Assembly (NCBI GenBank): GCA_040758495.1
Contig: JBFLVL010000009.1
Location: 27,516-91,515 of the forward strand
DNA length: 64,000 nucleotides
Source: Chloroflexota bacterium
Lineage (GTDB): Bacteria > Chloroflexota > Anaerolineae > Anaerolineales > JBFLVL01
Direction: 5' to 3'
Shown in pieces: positions 20,801 through 31,118 of the stretch. Each line of letters begins with the position of its first letter. Positions within the stretch are counted from its first letter, which is position 1. Below the pieces are notes generated by a model. It made no database searches, had not been told where the DNA came from, and was given only the letters and a program-made list of their open reading frames with translations. The position numbers were made by a program, and so were the translations under genes.

Positions 20801-23290
20801 CTACGGTTCACTGCCCAATTCCGTTGACCAGGCGTAAATCTTCGTCTGCCCCATTTGAAACACCAGCTCCATGTATCGCTGAAATTTCGTCTCGTTCACC
20901 GAATATGTACGACGCTCCAATGCGCCCACATACACATATCGGATATCATAACGTTCAAGGAGATCTCTTGTCGCACCCCAGTCGTTCGTAGAATATAACT
21001 GCATGATATCACTCTGGCGGGAGCCTAGCTCATCGGCGCTGCCTCGCCACTGGACTTCGTGCCCCGGCCAGTTGAGCACAGAGGGCAACCCGCTATGGGT
21101 AGCAATTCGACCATACTGACTATATGAATTACCCACCGCTTCCACAATGACACCCGCGGGTACGGTCTGTAGCCACTCGACTGCCATCCTGTCCTCGGCA
21201 GTAAGCAAGCCGGAGTTCAATGTGCCATCCAACGTCCAACCAACCGAAGGCTGGAAACCGTTCGTCTTCGTTACCAAGCCCATAGTCGGATACACCATGC
21301 CAGACACCAACACCAGTACGATTACCAGTCTGTAAACCAACCCCCAACCGCCCTTCACCTCCCGCAATAAGATGGCTGTTCCGTACGCAGCGGCACAACT
21401 CCACATCAACCATGACTGGTAGTAGAACTTGAAGATGGTGTTCATCCGGGTGCCAAACTGATCCCGAAGGTAAATAAATTCTGGTATCAGGGTTACCACC
21501 GTACCCAACAACACCATCCCTGTCACGAACACGTTTGGGTGGATATGGACTGTATTCTTCCCGCTTGTTTCAACTTTTTCCTGCGGCCAAAGCCCACTGA
21601 TTGCCAGGCTTAAGAAAAACGCCAGGGTAAGCCACCCGGCCGGGGTCGCCAACCGCCGCCGTATAGCTTCTACAAATAAGGCAAGCGCGCCCGCTTCTCC
21701 TGCTCCCAGATGGTCAAGGAAAAGCTCACCTAACACAGGCAGTCGGGTAATGGCCCAACCTAACATCAAAGAGAAGAACCAGAGTCCAACCACGAGGAGC
21801 AAGCCTAAGCCCATGGCGCACAACATTATCTTCCAATTCATCTGACGAACAACATACAGGAGGTATATTCCAATAGGGATTAGCAAGGTTCCAAACATGA
21901 CCCACAGATGTACGCCGCGTGTGGGGTTGAGCAGGTTAGGAAGTATCCCTCCCGCCTGGGAGGAAAAACCTAAATAAAAAGGTAAATAAATCAGACCACC
22001 TAAAACGCCCAGGGCAAGAACCAAGCCCAAGAACTCTCGTAAACGCCACCAACTCCATCCCGCATATCCCGAACGCTGTAAAACGAAGGTGCCCGCGAAC
22101 AGGGCTAAATAGATGGGAAAATCCCAGGCGTTGAGGGTGAACAGCGAGCCTAACACAAGTCCGCCAAAGAGAAAAGATTGAAGGTTTAACGGTATCCACC
22201 ACTTGCGCCAACCTGTCTCCCCTTGACCACCTCCAAAGTACAGGTTTATGGCCAGAGCGATCGCCAAGAGTCCAAACGGCATGGCCAAGACATGCGGATG
22301 CAAATCGCCCAACAGGTAGGAGAAAAAGGGAAATTCGTCAATCACCTCTCGCCAGACACCGGCAAAGTCGTAGTCCTGTACAACCCGCGAACCCCGCCAC
22401 CACCACCAATGACGCGTGGGTATCCAACCGAAGGGTTGCGAGGGTGGCAGGCTGAGTTCCTTCATGTCTAACCAGGTCCAGAATTTCGACACCATAGTTC
22501 CATCAGACGTCTTTTGCCAGAACAGGCCACGGGCGTGCAACACTTCGAGAACACCCTCGAAGTTGCTCACTATCAATAAAAACAGAGGGCCGAGCAACCC
22601 AAGCCATCCATCAGCCTCGTTCCTAACCGATGGAGAATCTGAACCTCTACATTCCCTTCCCCTTTTCAGAAGGTTATATACCACACCGTAACCCCCTATA
22701 GCGCTCAGAGCGAATACCAGCGCAAGTCCCAGGTTGAAAGCCACACCTGCAGCAGTGTTACTCACTTCTGCAAGCATGGCGACCAAAACATATCCAAAAT
22801 AGTAGTACGAGATAGCATATCCTGACAACCAGGGGTCATGTGGTGGGAAAGTTGGCGAGTGCATGATGGCATTGATAAATGCCAATTCCATCGGCTTCTC
22901 GGTTCCGAAAATTTCCGGGTTAACCGCACGCACAATTGTCCAACCAGCAAAGGCTAACAAAAACAACCATTCTACGAAGAAAACATATATTCGATGTCTT
23001 ACGAACCAGGTTTTGATCTCATCCCAGCCGACGCTTCGAAAAGCCCAACCACTGAGCACCAGCAGCAGGATAAAGGCAGTTAATAACCCTCCACTACTGT
23101 TCGTTAAAAAACCCAAGGAGGTCAACAACCAAAAAACATATCCCCACAGAAGCCACCCAAACGTTCGGCTGAAGGCATAACCACGTCCGGGCAGGGCAGG
23201 TAATAACCGATACAATATGGGAAAAGCAACTAACCCCAAAATGGAGATCAGCACATACCAGAGTACGAATGAGACAATATCGGTAATCAT
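20801..23290 (-). CDS. Large polytopic membrane protein of the YYY-motif family (DUF2298 / 'Chlor_Arch_YYY'-like, named from memory)
   Basis: The 829-aa ORF carries ...SPTFPPHDPWLSGYAISYYYFGYVLV.... It is paralogous to the C-terminal half of the upstream 1627-aa protein. It has a 4-nt start/stop overlap at 23287-23290. Confidence 0.8.
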   Translation of the reverse strand: MITDIVSFVLWYVLISILGLVAFPILYRLLPALPGRGYAFSRTFGWLLWGYVFWLLTSLGFLTNSSGGLLTAFILLLVLSGWAFRSVGWDEIKTWFVRHRIYVFFVEWLFLLAFAGWTIVRAVNPEIFGTEKPMELAFINAIMHSPTFPPHDPWLSGYAISYYYFGYVLVAMLAEVSNTAAGVAFNLGLALVFALSAIGGYGVVYNLLKRGRECRGSDSPSVRNEADGWLGLLGPLFLLIVSNFEGVLEVLHARGLFWQKTSDGTMVSKFWTWLDMKELSLPPSQPFGWIPTRHWWWWRGSRVVQDYDFAGVWREVIDEFPFFSYLLGDLHPHVLAMPFGLLAIALAINLYFGGGQGETGWRKWWIPLNLQSFLFGGLVLGSLFTLNAWDFPIYLALFAGTFVLQRSGYAGWSWWRLREFLGLVLALGVLGGLIYLPFYLGFSSQAGGILPNLLNPTRGVHLWVMFGTLLIPIGIYLLYVVRQMNWKIMLCAMGLGLLLVVGLWFFSLMLGWAITRLPVLGELFLDHLGAGEAGALALFVEAIRRRLATPAGWLTLAFFLSLAISGLWPQEKVETSGKNTVHIHPNVFVTGMVLLGTVVTLIPEFIYLRDQFGTRMNTIFKFYYQSWLMWSCAAAYGTAILLREVKGGWGLVYRLVIVLVLVSGMVYPTMGLVTKTNGFQPSVGWTLDGTLNSGLLTAEDRMAVEWLQTVPAGVIVEAVGNSYSQYGRIATHSGLPSVLNWPGHEVQWRGSADELGSRQSDIMQLYSTNDWGATRDLLERYDIRYVYVGALERRTYSVNETKFQRYMELVFQMGQTKIYAWSTELGSEP

Positions 23291-26200
23291 GGTTGCTTCA
23301 TCACTTCATAGATAACTGTATCCCCATCTCTATATACCGATTGCCAATAGATACCATCCCAGGCAGTAAACTTCTCCAGGCCAGGACCCGGGTAGGCGGC
23401 GCGTTCCAGTTGACCGACGATGATATACTGTACATCATATTCTCGCAGGAATTTCACCGCGGTACCAATATCCCCTGTCAGGTAAAACTCGTTGATTTGG
23501 GTTACACGCTCAGTGACTTTTTCTGGCGAAGCTGGACCCCGTTGTTGACGTTGATGCCAGTCCCACCCCACTACACCTGGGAGGCCAGTGTAAATGGTGA
23601 AGCGAGAGAACCAATGATACAGGTTGAGTGAATTGGCCTCAACAATCACCGGGGAACCTTTTACCTGATCTTGCATCCACCGAATAGCCCGGTAATCCTG
23701 GCTGAGATCAAGTTCCTTGTTGAGGTCAAAGTAGGTAGCATATTGCATATAAGCCATTCCGTCCAGTGTATGTGGAGCTTCTGAGGCCATGCGGTCTTGA
23801 ACCTTGGCTATCGTGCCTACGAAGGGAAAGAGCGCTGCCCCAGCTACCAGGAAAGCGAGTGCCAGTTGCCAGAATAACCTCCAGCCTGGTAGCCAGTATT
23901 TGAGATCACGCCATACTAAGCCAAGTGCCACGGCTGCACTCACCGAGAATAACACCCAGGCTTGAAGATAGAATTTAAACACTGTGTTCATCCGACCGAT
24001 ATCACCGCTAACCACGATGACCTCTACCATGAGCGTGAGTGTTAATCCCAACCCCACAAAGAAGAGCAAAACCCGTTTGGTATCCGATAACCCTGAACGA
24101 AGTAACAAAACCCCTACCCAAACGATCAGTGGTACCACTAACCAGGCTATATGTACCCCATAATACATCAATCCTGCAACACTTACGACCAACAATACCA
24201 CACCAATCTGGATAAGGCCAAAATACGGTCGGATTCTAGATAACGCCGATAAGGGCGTGGAGGCCAACCACTGGCGCGTTTCCCAGATTATCCAACCCAC
24301 AATCACAAACAGGAACAAACCCCAATGGGTTAAATAGGCACCCGATGGGGTCCGTGGCCCCTTCCAAAAATCAACCGTCCGGTAACCTTGAGCGTACCAG
24401 TAAGCATACGGTTGATAAAGCAGTATGGCTAAACCTGCTAGAACAGCCATTCCCAGTAAGATGACTAACACGAGCTTGACCACCCTGATTAACCGCTCCG
24501 ATAAATCCGTAGGATTTTGACCTACCTGAATATCCCTATCTTCGTTTCGATACCACCACAATGTATACGCCACCGCAACCATGCCCAGGGGGAGATAGGA
24601 GTAGATATCGGACAGGTTGATGGGATAAAGAGCACCGATAATCAAGCCACCGAACATGAAACCCCACGCTATCTGCCCAATAGAGCGTCGGCTTTGTCCT
24701 TCCCTCTTCCAGGCACGGCCGAAAACAAATGATAACGCCCAGGCTATCGCCAGCAATGCCACGGGAATAGCAATGAGATGTGCATGTAAATCCGCATACA
24801 AAACAGTAAAAAATGGGAACTCTGTGATGGGCTCCACATCCCCTTGGGGTGGGATCACACGGCTGGGATTCCAATACCATTCATCGGCACGATAAGGCAA
24901 TTTCGCTCCCGACAGCGTCTCGAAAAATCCACGCGCAGCCCAAAACCAACGGATTAACACCCCTCCACCTTCCAATGAACCGGTTGGAGATCCCAGTTGC
25001 TGCAACCCGTGGAAGATCATGCGCACCACACCCAGGTTGCCCAGAACAGCCAACCCTAACCCCGCGGCTATCCCGACAAAAAATGTCATTCCTTTCCAGG
25101 GTTTAGCCCACCGCATGGCCTGAGAGGCAGCATCCTTGTTTTTAGGGAAAACCAGATTCCACCCGATGGAAAAAGCGCCCATGGCCATCAGACTGAATAT
25201 GCTGGGGATAACCAAATTGTACACCACTGTCGGGCTGATACCTAACAGCTTGATCCATACACCCACAAGCACAAATCCGTAGTAGTAATAGTTGATGTAA
25301 CCACCGGCATACCAAGGATCATAGGGCGGGAATGTGGTGCTCTTCATCACAGCATTCAAATAGGAAAAATCCATCGGTTTTTCGCCACCCTTGTATGGGT
25401 GCCATAAATCCGAGTTGCCCAAACGGATAAAGAGGTCGAAGAGGAAAAACGCCAGCATGAGAGCCTCTACCATAAGGAAGTACTTCTTGCGTTCCCTCCA
25501 TTCTTGTCGCAACGCCTCCCTTTGGCAATACGCCAGAATCCCGGACACCAACATGAAACCAAGGAACACCCCCAGGATCGTCAACCGAGTGGCAGGAACA
25601 CCCAGAGACCCTCCCAGCCACACCGGATATGCAAACATCAACAATCCGGCTATCCGCGCCAGAGGATAGCCCCTATCTGCCAACCCGCTCAAAGCCAGAC
25701 GGATGATCGGGTAGGCAAGCAAGCCTAAAATCAGTACGCTCACATACCAGAAGATGGCTCCCAGTGCGGGGTAGAGATTAATTATCCAATCTGAGGGGAA
25801 TAATTCCGCCCAGGTGCCGCCCTCTCGCTGTTCAACCAAACGTCCTTCGGGGAGCATCAGACTCTTCAGAACAACCTTACTGGCTTCCTCGGTCGCGCTC
25901 GCACGGACACTCGAGAGGTCTACGCTACCCAAGATTGCAGCTACTGCTTCGGGATCATAATCCGAGGATTTACGGAAGATGAACACCTTGGGGTGGTCAT
26001 ACACCGTAAAGGATTCTTCTGCAAACTGGTCGTTTATGCGCCATGAACCCAGATTAGGATCGGACTGAAATACTTTAATCAAGTCAAATCCTAAATCCCC
26101 CTCAAAACTACCCACCTGAGCAATGTTGTAACACCACTCCAAAGTATGGCCTTGCGGACATCCCATCAGGTGCTGGTAATACGCCCAGGTGAGAGGGTAA

Positions 26201-28170
26201 TGTCCAGGCAGACGCGTGATGCTACCCCACTGACGGCTCGAAGAAATTATCAGGTATTCCGCATGGTCAAGGATGTTGATAAACCTGGCTAATTTATCGG
26301 AGTTGTCCTCCCAATACAGTTCGAAGGTTAGGCCATTCTGATAGATTCCACCGAAACCATCGTAACCATCTATTCGCAGAGGCAAGCCGTCATCCCAGGA
26401 AGACTCGTTGGCAATTGACGCTCCAGATAAAGCCAGGGCTCCGTCGCCTTCCACCAAAGCCAGGTTAAGGTAGTAACTCTGATCCTGGCTCAAAGCCACC
26501 GGAGAATCAAGAGGCAGCCAGTATCCTTGCCCGAGCTGGTCATCATTCACCAGAAAATCGCTCTTCACGTGAGCCTCTCCGATGGGGCCACCGTCCAGTC
26601 GGGTTGAAACTGTAAATTGCAGCGTCTTTTGTTCAGGGATGGCTTCTTTATCTACCACATGGGGTAAATACATACCCTCCAGAACAGCGTCAACTTGTGG
26701 TGTGATTCCCCGGGTGTATGGTAAATCAGGGGTAATCGTGTAATCATACGGAAAGGCAACAGGTTGGTTGACCTGCCCTTCAGTAGTGACTAATTGCAGA
26801 TTGATAGCTCCCGGTATGTTTGCAAAAATCCAGCGGGAGGCTTCGATGCGGGTAACAGAGCGGGTGTAAATGCGCGAAAAAGCCCAGGCCCAGGCAAAAG
26901 TACTGACCAGGACTGATACACCCACCACAATTGCCACAGACCGCCGGAAGAGCTGACCTTTTCCGCCCCAGGCAAACCTGGCCACTACCCAGGCAGCGAA
27001 GATCGCTAACGTTGGATACACGGGCAGTTGATAGCGCATCATGGGGTTGAAAATGGAGGATTGCCAGACGAAATAAACCGCTGTCCATGACCACAGGATT
27101 GCATGTTGTCTCCATTCCCCGCGCAACATCCTCCAACCAGCAAACAAAAATCCGCACCATGCCAGCAACCCCAAAGGCATCCCCAAACCCCATCTCACCA
27201 TGTTGATCCAGGCGAACCACATGGGACGGTTTGCCCACTGCAAAGAGGGTGGAAACGTATAAACAGAATCTGCACTTGCCAGCCGTTTCAACTCCTGCAA
27301 GTTCCCTATCCATTGTGGGTTCAGCTTTATGCCCCAAAAGCCCGGACCACTGAATGCATACGGTTGCAGCACACGGAAGGTTACTAAAGCGGTGATCGCA
27401 GCCAGGACAAGGTGAACCAGTGCTGCCGGGAAAGTCCGTCTTTGTTCTTCGGGCGAAGTCTTGCTCGCGCGTATCCACTCTGCCAGGAGCAGGACGAACG
27501 CCACGGGAGCTGCGTTCACCTTCGAGGCCACTGCCATTCCCAAAGCCACTCCGAACAATACATACAAAAGAGTGAAGTTGCCAAACAATCCCCGCAACTG
27601 TTTACTGAGTTGAGAACTACCATCTGACGGCCGTTCGTCCGTAGCTACCCTTACCGCAAAGTATACGGTCAGCAAAGCAAAGAAGGCCATAAAAGTGTCT
27701 TCTTTGAAGAAGTGAGAGAGCTGGATGTCCAGGACAGAAAAAGCTAAAAACGCAGCCGCCAACAAACCCACCCAGCGGTTGTACAACCGCCTGGCGATCA
27801 GGTATACCAGCAATACCATCCCCAGGTCCACCAGCGCGGATATCGGTCGGCCCACAAGGTGGATCTGACCGTAATCGGCCTTGTCCAACCATTCTGCCAG
27901 GTAGCGCACCAGAAAGATGGGGAAGGTGCCATACACGAAAAATGGGTGACCGCGGTTATGAGGGTTCAATGTCGAATTGGCTGTATCGAAATATTCCCCC
28001 AAAGACTTTACCGGTTCCAGGCTGGATTCAACCATCATCAGAAACCGCTCATCGGGATGCAGATATACTGCTTCATCCCAATTTAATCCTGCCAGCCGAA
28101 GATACCCCCCCACTATCAGGACTAAAAGCAGACAGATATGTACTATCCACTCGCTTGAGCGTTTACCCAA
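23287..28170 (-). CDS. Giant (1627 aa) fusion membrane protein: N-terminal GT-C (PMT_2-like) module, central extracytoplasmic domain, C-terminal YYY-motif module
   Basis: The N-terminal loop is ...GLNWDEAVYLHPDERFLMM.... The middle ~340 aa are non-hydrophobic. The C-terminal half carries ...STTFPPYDPWYAGGYINYYYYGFVLV... and a C-terminal tail similar to that of the 829-aa paralog. Confidence 0.8.
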   Translation of the reverse strand: MGKRSSEWIVHICLLLVLIVGGYLRLAGLNWDEAVYLHPDERFLMMVESSLEPVKSLGEYFDTANSTLNPHNRGHPFFVYGTFPIFLVRYLAEWLDKADYGQIHLVGRPISALVDLGMVLLVYLIARRLYNRWVGLLAAAFLAFSVLDIQLSHFFKEDTFMAFFALLTVYFAVRVATDERPSDGSSQLSKQLRGLFGNFTLLYVLFGVALGMAVASKVNAAPVAFVLLLAEWIRASKTSPEEQRRTFPAALVHLVLAAITALVTFRVLQPYAFSGPGFWGIKLNPQWIGNLQELKRLASADSVYTFPPSLQWANRPMWFAWINMVRWGLGMPLGLLAWCGFLFAGWRMLRGEWRQHAILWSWTAVYFVWQSSIFNPMMRYQLPVYPTLAIFAAWVVARFAWGGKGQLFRRSVAIVVGVSVLVSTFAWAWAFSRIYTRSVTRIEASRWIFANIPGAINLQLVTTEGQVNQPVAFPYDYTITPDLPYTRGITPQVDAVLEGMYLPHVVDKEAIPEQKTLQFTVSTRLDGGPIGEAHVKSDFLVNDDQLGQGYWLPLDSPVALSQDQSYYLNLALVEGDGALALSGASIANESSWDDGLPLRIDGYDGFGGIYQNGLTFELYWEDNSDKLARFINILDHAEYLIISSSRQWGSITRLPGHYPLTWAYYQHLMGCPQGHTLEWCYNIAQVGSFEGDLGFDLIKVFQSDPNLGSWRINDQFAEESFTVYDHPKVFIFRKSSDYDPEAVAAILGSVDLSSVRASATEEASKVVLKSLMLPEGRLVEQREGGTWAELFPSDWIINLYPALGAIFWYVSVLILGLLAYPIIRLALSGLADRGYPLARIAGLLMFAYPVWLGGSLGVPATRLTILGVFLGFMLVSGILAYCQREALRQEWRERKKYFLMVEALMLAFFLFDLFIRLGNSDLWHPYKGGEKPMDFSYLNAVMKSTTFPPYDPWYAGGYINYYYYGFVLVGVWIKLLGISPTVVYNLVIPSIFSLMAMGAFSIGWNLVFPKNKDAASQAMRWAKPWKGMTFFVGIAAGLGLAVLGNLGVVRMIFHGLQQLGSPTGSLEGGGVLIRWFWAARGFFETLSGAKLPYRADEWYWNPSRVIPPQGDVEPITEFPFFTVLYADLHAHLIAIPVALLAIAWALSFVFGRAWKREGQSRRSIGQIAWGFMFGGLIIGALYPINLSDIYSYLPLGMVAVAYTLWWYRNEDRDIQVGQNPTDLSERLIRVVKLVLVILLGMAVLAGLAILLYQPYAYWYAQGYRTVDFWKGPRTPSGAYLTHWGLFLFVIVGWIIWETRQWLASTPLSALSRIRPYFGLIQIGVVLLVVSVAGLMYYGVHIAWLVVPLIVWVGVLLLRSGLSDTKRVLLFFVGLGLTLTLMVEVIVVSGDIGRMNTVFKFYLQAWVLFSVSAAVALGLVWRDLKYWLPGWRLFWQLALAFLVAGAALFPFVGTIAKVQDRMASEAPHTLDGMAYMQYATYFDLNKELDLSQDYRAIRWMQDQVKGSPVIVEANSLNLYHWFSRFTIYTGLPGVVGWDWHQRQQRGPASPEKVTERVTQINEFYLTGDIGTAVKFLREYDVQYIIVGQLERAAYPGPGLEKFTAWDGIYWQSVYRDGDTVIYEVMKQP

Positions 28171-28183
28171 ACCTCACTCCTTG

Positions 28184-30310
28184 TCAGGGCACAAGAAAAA
28201 TCATGAAATCCTTCCCCTCAACCGCAGAGACATATCGCTGGAGAATACCCGAAGGATACATATCCGTCAACAAGATACCGGTTAGCTCGTCCTCGGGTTT
28301 ATAAATAAACAGCTTCGGAGGGGGGATCTCAAGGGTCGCGGGTAAATCCTTCCCCCATAGGGCATAGTCCTTCTCTGGCAAACCCACGTTGATTCCCACC
28401 ACGCGGGTATCCACCCAATGGGGAAAGGGTACGACCCAGGCAGTTTCCGCCTCACCGATCGAATCAGCGTACGAACGGATGACATGTCCGATTTCGCTCG
28501 TGTTCCATGTGTTTTGCCTCATCTGGCGGAAATATTGATCGAATACCAGATCATAATTCTGGATAGAGGACCACGATAAAAGGAGGAAGACTGCTCCCCA
28601 GAGGATTCCACCCCCCGCGCGGGTTTTCACCGCGGATTTCAGGCTGGTCAAAAAACCCTCAAACAGAATCCCCACCACAACAAAGACCGGCACAATTGCC
28701 CCACCTGTACGATTCAGAGAAGGATTCTCAGCCGGAAACGCCAATGAAAGCACAGAAGGCATCAACAGCATAGGTATGGATAATAATAAAAAGGCGTCTT
28801 CCCATTGCCGCCTGCGGATGTAGCGAGTTAAGAGAAATACTACTCCCAAAAAGAACAACGCCCCCGAAACAACATCCAACGCCGGACGATGGGTAACGGA
28901 GTGCACCCAGGTCGAGCCGTCGTCCCAAAAGAACATGGTCACCGCCCCCCACAGGTTATCAAAAAAGATGCGAACAGGAGAATCGGGGTAACTCCGCTCC
29001 ATCGTACCAATTCGGGTTAGCGTTCGATAGGAAAAGTTAGCCGGCTCTGCCAGAGCATAACGCAGCAGAGGGAGAAAGACGACAAAAGAAACCAACACCA
29101 GAGCCACCAAAGCCCAGATGGTTTGTACGCGAGCGCCCTTAGACACTCTATGCAACAGATACAAACCTACACCCAATAACACTAAGAAAGGTACAAAACG
29201 GAAAGGGCTGTATCCGTGTAACCCTAAACCTAACGCCAACCCTGCCAACAGCAAATCATTACGGTTCCGGTTTCGCAACCCTCGTATCAGGTAATATAGA
29301 GTTGGAGCGACAAACAGAGGATAAAAAGCAAAGCGTAAGGCGATACGAGAAATCACATTTGGCCAGTAAGCAATGCCCGCGAACAGCATGGCCCATAAAC
29401 CCACCCGTTTTCCCCCCACTTCCTTCCCTAGCAGGTACACATAAGGTAAAGTCAAAACACCTGCTAAAGCTGTACCAATTTTTAAGCTGAGGTATGTCAG
29501 GCCAGTCCCCAACACTCTGGCCACCAGCGCGGTCACGACCATTTGTATGGCCTCCCGTCCGGTGTTGCGAGGGAAGAACACCCACCAGTTACCCCGGAGC
29601 ACATCAGCAACATCCAGCAATTTCTCAGCATGGTCACTGATCATCTCCGGAGGGACATCTCCCAGACGATAAAAGCGGAAAAACACTGCCAGACCAAAAA
29701 CCCCCACCCAGGAAATAGCCCAGGGAGTGATACGCACCCACCAGGTACGTTGAGCAATTCCCTCGCGCAACCTCGCAAACCAATCCCTAAAGGACAAGCC
29801 TCGCGACACCCAAAACGTTTTTAACAAGGCTACAACGGTCAATAACCACAGGAAGAGGTTTAAGCCATCAAAGCGCAAGCTACCAAAAGCTAAAAACGTG
29901 AAAACCGCCAGGGGAATAAAAATGTAGAACCAGTTACTTTTGATGGTCAAAGGGTCTTCCATGTGCAGGCTGGGGGGAATATCTGGGCCTGACCACTCCC
30001 CTCGCCAGATTAACCAGACCAACAACAAACCAGCCAGTGCATAAAAAGTTATCCCTACCCAGATGTTCCTGTCCCCTGGTTCTAGGGAACGCTGGGCGAT
30101 AAGAGCCAACGCTACAGGCAGCCACATATACCAGATAACTGCTGGCCTCTTCCCTTCCCTCCCAGGAGGTAGACCACCAGGTTCAGGAAACCCCTCCTCC
30201 ATAGCCTCACGTTTGGGAATGTCAGGCGCGGGACCCTTCCAGGGGGTTAACTTCGCCTTGAGGTAATCTAATACGCTTGGTTCTGGTTGTCCGTTTTCCT
30301 TCATCATCAT
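28184..30310 (-). CDS. Glycosyltransferase family 39-like (ArnT/PMT-like) membrane protein
   Basis: The 708-aa ORF has more than 10 TM segments and the loop FYRLGDVPPEMISDHAEKLLD. The track start overlaps the methyltransferase gene by 89 nt. An internal ATG at 30202 (MEEGFPE...) would remove the overlap. Confidence 0.7.
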   Translation of the reverse strand: MMMKENGQPEPSVLDYLKAKLTPWKGPAPDIPKREAMEEGFPEPGGLPPGREGKRPAVIWYMWLPVALALIAQRSLEPGDRNIWVGITFYALAGLLLVWLIWRGEWSGPDIPPSLHMEDPLTIKSNWFYIFIPLAVFTFLAFGSLRFDGLNLFLWLLTVVALLKTFWVSRGLSFRDWFARLREGIAQRTWWVRITPWAISWVGVFGLAVFFRFYRLGDVPPEMISDHAEKLLDVADVLRGNWWVFFPRNTGREAIQMVVTALVARVLGTGLTYLSLKIGTALAGVLTLPYVYLLGKEVGGKRVGLWAMLFAGIAYWPNVISRIALRFAFYPLFVAPTLYYLIRGLRNRNRNDLLLAGLALGLGLHGYSPFRFVPFLVLLGVGLYLLHRVSKGARVQTIWALVALVLVSFVVFLPLLRYALAEPANFSYRTLTRIGTMERSYPDSPVRIFFDNLWGAVTMFFWDDGSTWVHSVTHRPALDVVSGALFFLGVVFLLTRYIRRRQWEDAFLLLSIPMLLMPSVLSLAFPAENPSLNRTGGAIVPVFVVVGILFEGFLTSLKSAVKTRAGGGILWGAVFLLLSWSSIQNYDLVFDQYFRQMRQNTWNTSEIGHVIRSYADSIGEAETAWVVPFPHWVDTRVVGINVGLPEKDYALWGKDLPATLEIPPPKLFIYKPEDELTGILLTDMYPSGILQRYVSAVEGKDFMIFLVP

Positions 30311-31118
30311 CTACCAGTTGATGGATTTGTCCTCTCAACCGAGTGATATAAAACGTATACACGCCCTCCGGCTGAGGGACGGGCTCATTATAATGTGGCT
30401 CTACCAAACCGCGGGTTAGTGCCAAGTTCCACCGAAAAGGAGCAATAATCCAGCGACCAAACAGCCATTTACAGACCAGGGATGGAAACTCGAAAAAATG
30501 CCCCCACTCCAACACAGCCAAGGCCTCGGGAGAGAAATAATGCCAGTATTGTTCAATCTCATAGCCAGCCCATTCCAACCTGTTTCGCCAAACCTCTACA
30601 GAATCACAGTGATGATGTCGGGAGATTCGGTTGAAAGCTGCTCGATAGCCATTTCCCAACCAGCGCAGACCCACTTTATCGAAAAACCGTCCTATTGAGA
30701 GCTTGGGCAGAAATAAGTGGTTAGGAACACTGAATACAAACCTCGACCCCTGCTTCAACACCCTGGCAATTTCCCTGAGCATCGCATCTACATCACATAC
30801 ATGCTCCAACACAGAATTACTGACCACACTGCAGAAATAGGCCGTTGGAAAAGGAAGGTGACACCCATTCGATTGGATCCTGTACTGGTAAGCCCGGTAC
30901 CCGGCAGCTTCTTGAAGTACCGAGAAATCGCAATCCAAACCTACCTCTAGTGTCCTCTGAAATGCGTTACTGGCGAAATGCCCATCACCACAACCCAGAT
31001 CCAGGGTCGGTGGGTGCAAGGGGATATCCCGATAAAAAACGGCCTCTTTGGCTCGCAGTAATCCGCGGAAATACGGCAGATCGCGGAGATGCATCCATAG
31101 CAGATCTTCGTTCTTCAT
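30222..31118 (-). CDS. Class I SAM-dependent methyltransferase
   Basis: The 298-aa ORF has motif I, LDLGCGDGHF, and the later motif GSRFVFSVPN. Confidence 0.8.
   Translation of the reverse strand: MKNEDLLWMHLRDLPYFRGLLRAKEAVFYRDIPLHPPTLDLGCGDGHFASNAFQRTLEVGLDCDFSVLQEAAGYRAYQYRIQSNGCHLPFPTAYFCSVVSNSVLEHVCDVDAMLREIARVLKQGSRFVFSVPNHLFLPKLSIGRFFDKVGLRWLGNGYRAAFNRISRHHHCDSVEVWRNRLEWAGYEIEQYWHYFSPEALAVLEWGHFFEFPSLVCKWLFGRWIIAPFRWNLALTRGLVEPHYNEPVPQPEGVYTFYITRLRGQIHQLVDDDEGKRTTRTKRIRLPQGEVNPLEGSRA

Noticed and set aside
26780-27478. 232-aa minus-strand ORF in another frame inside the 1627-aa gene
   Set aside because: It is the same strand but out of frame with a 4.9-kb ORF that has clear family motifs. 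Its translation is Cys/Gly/Arg-rich with no domain.
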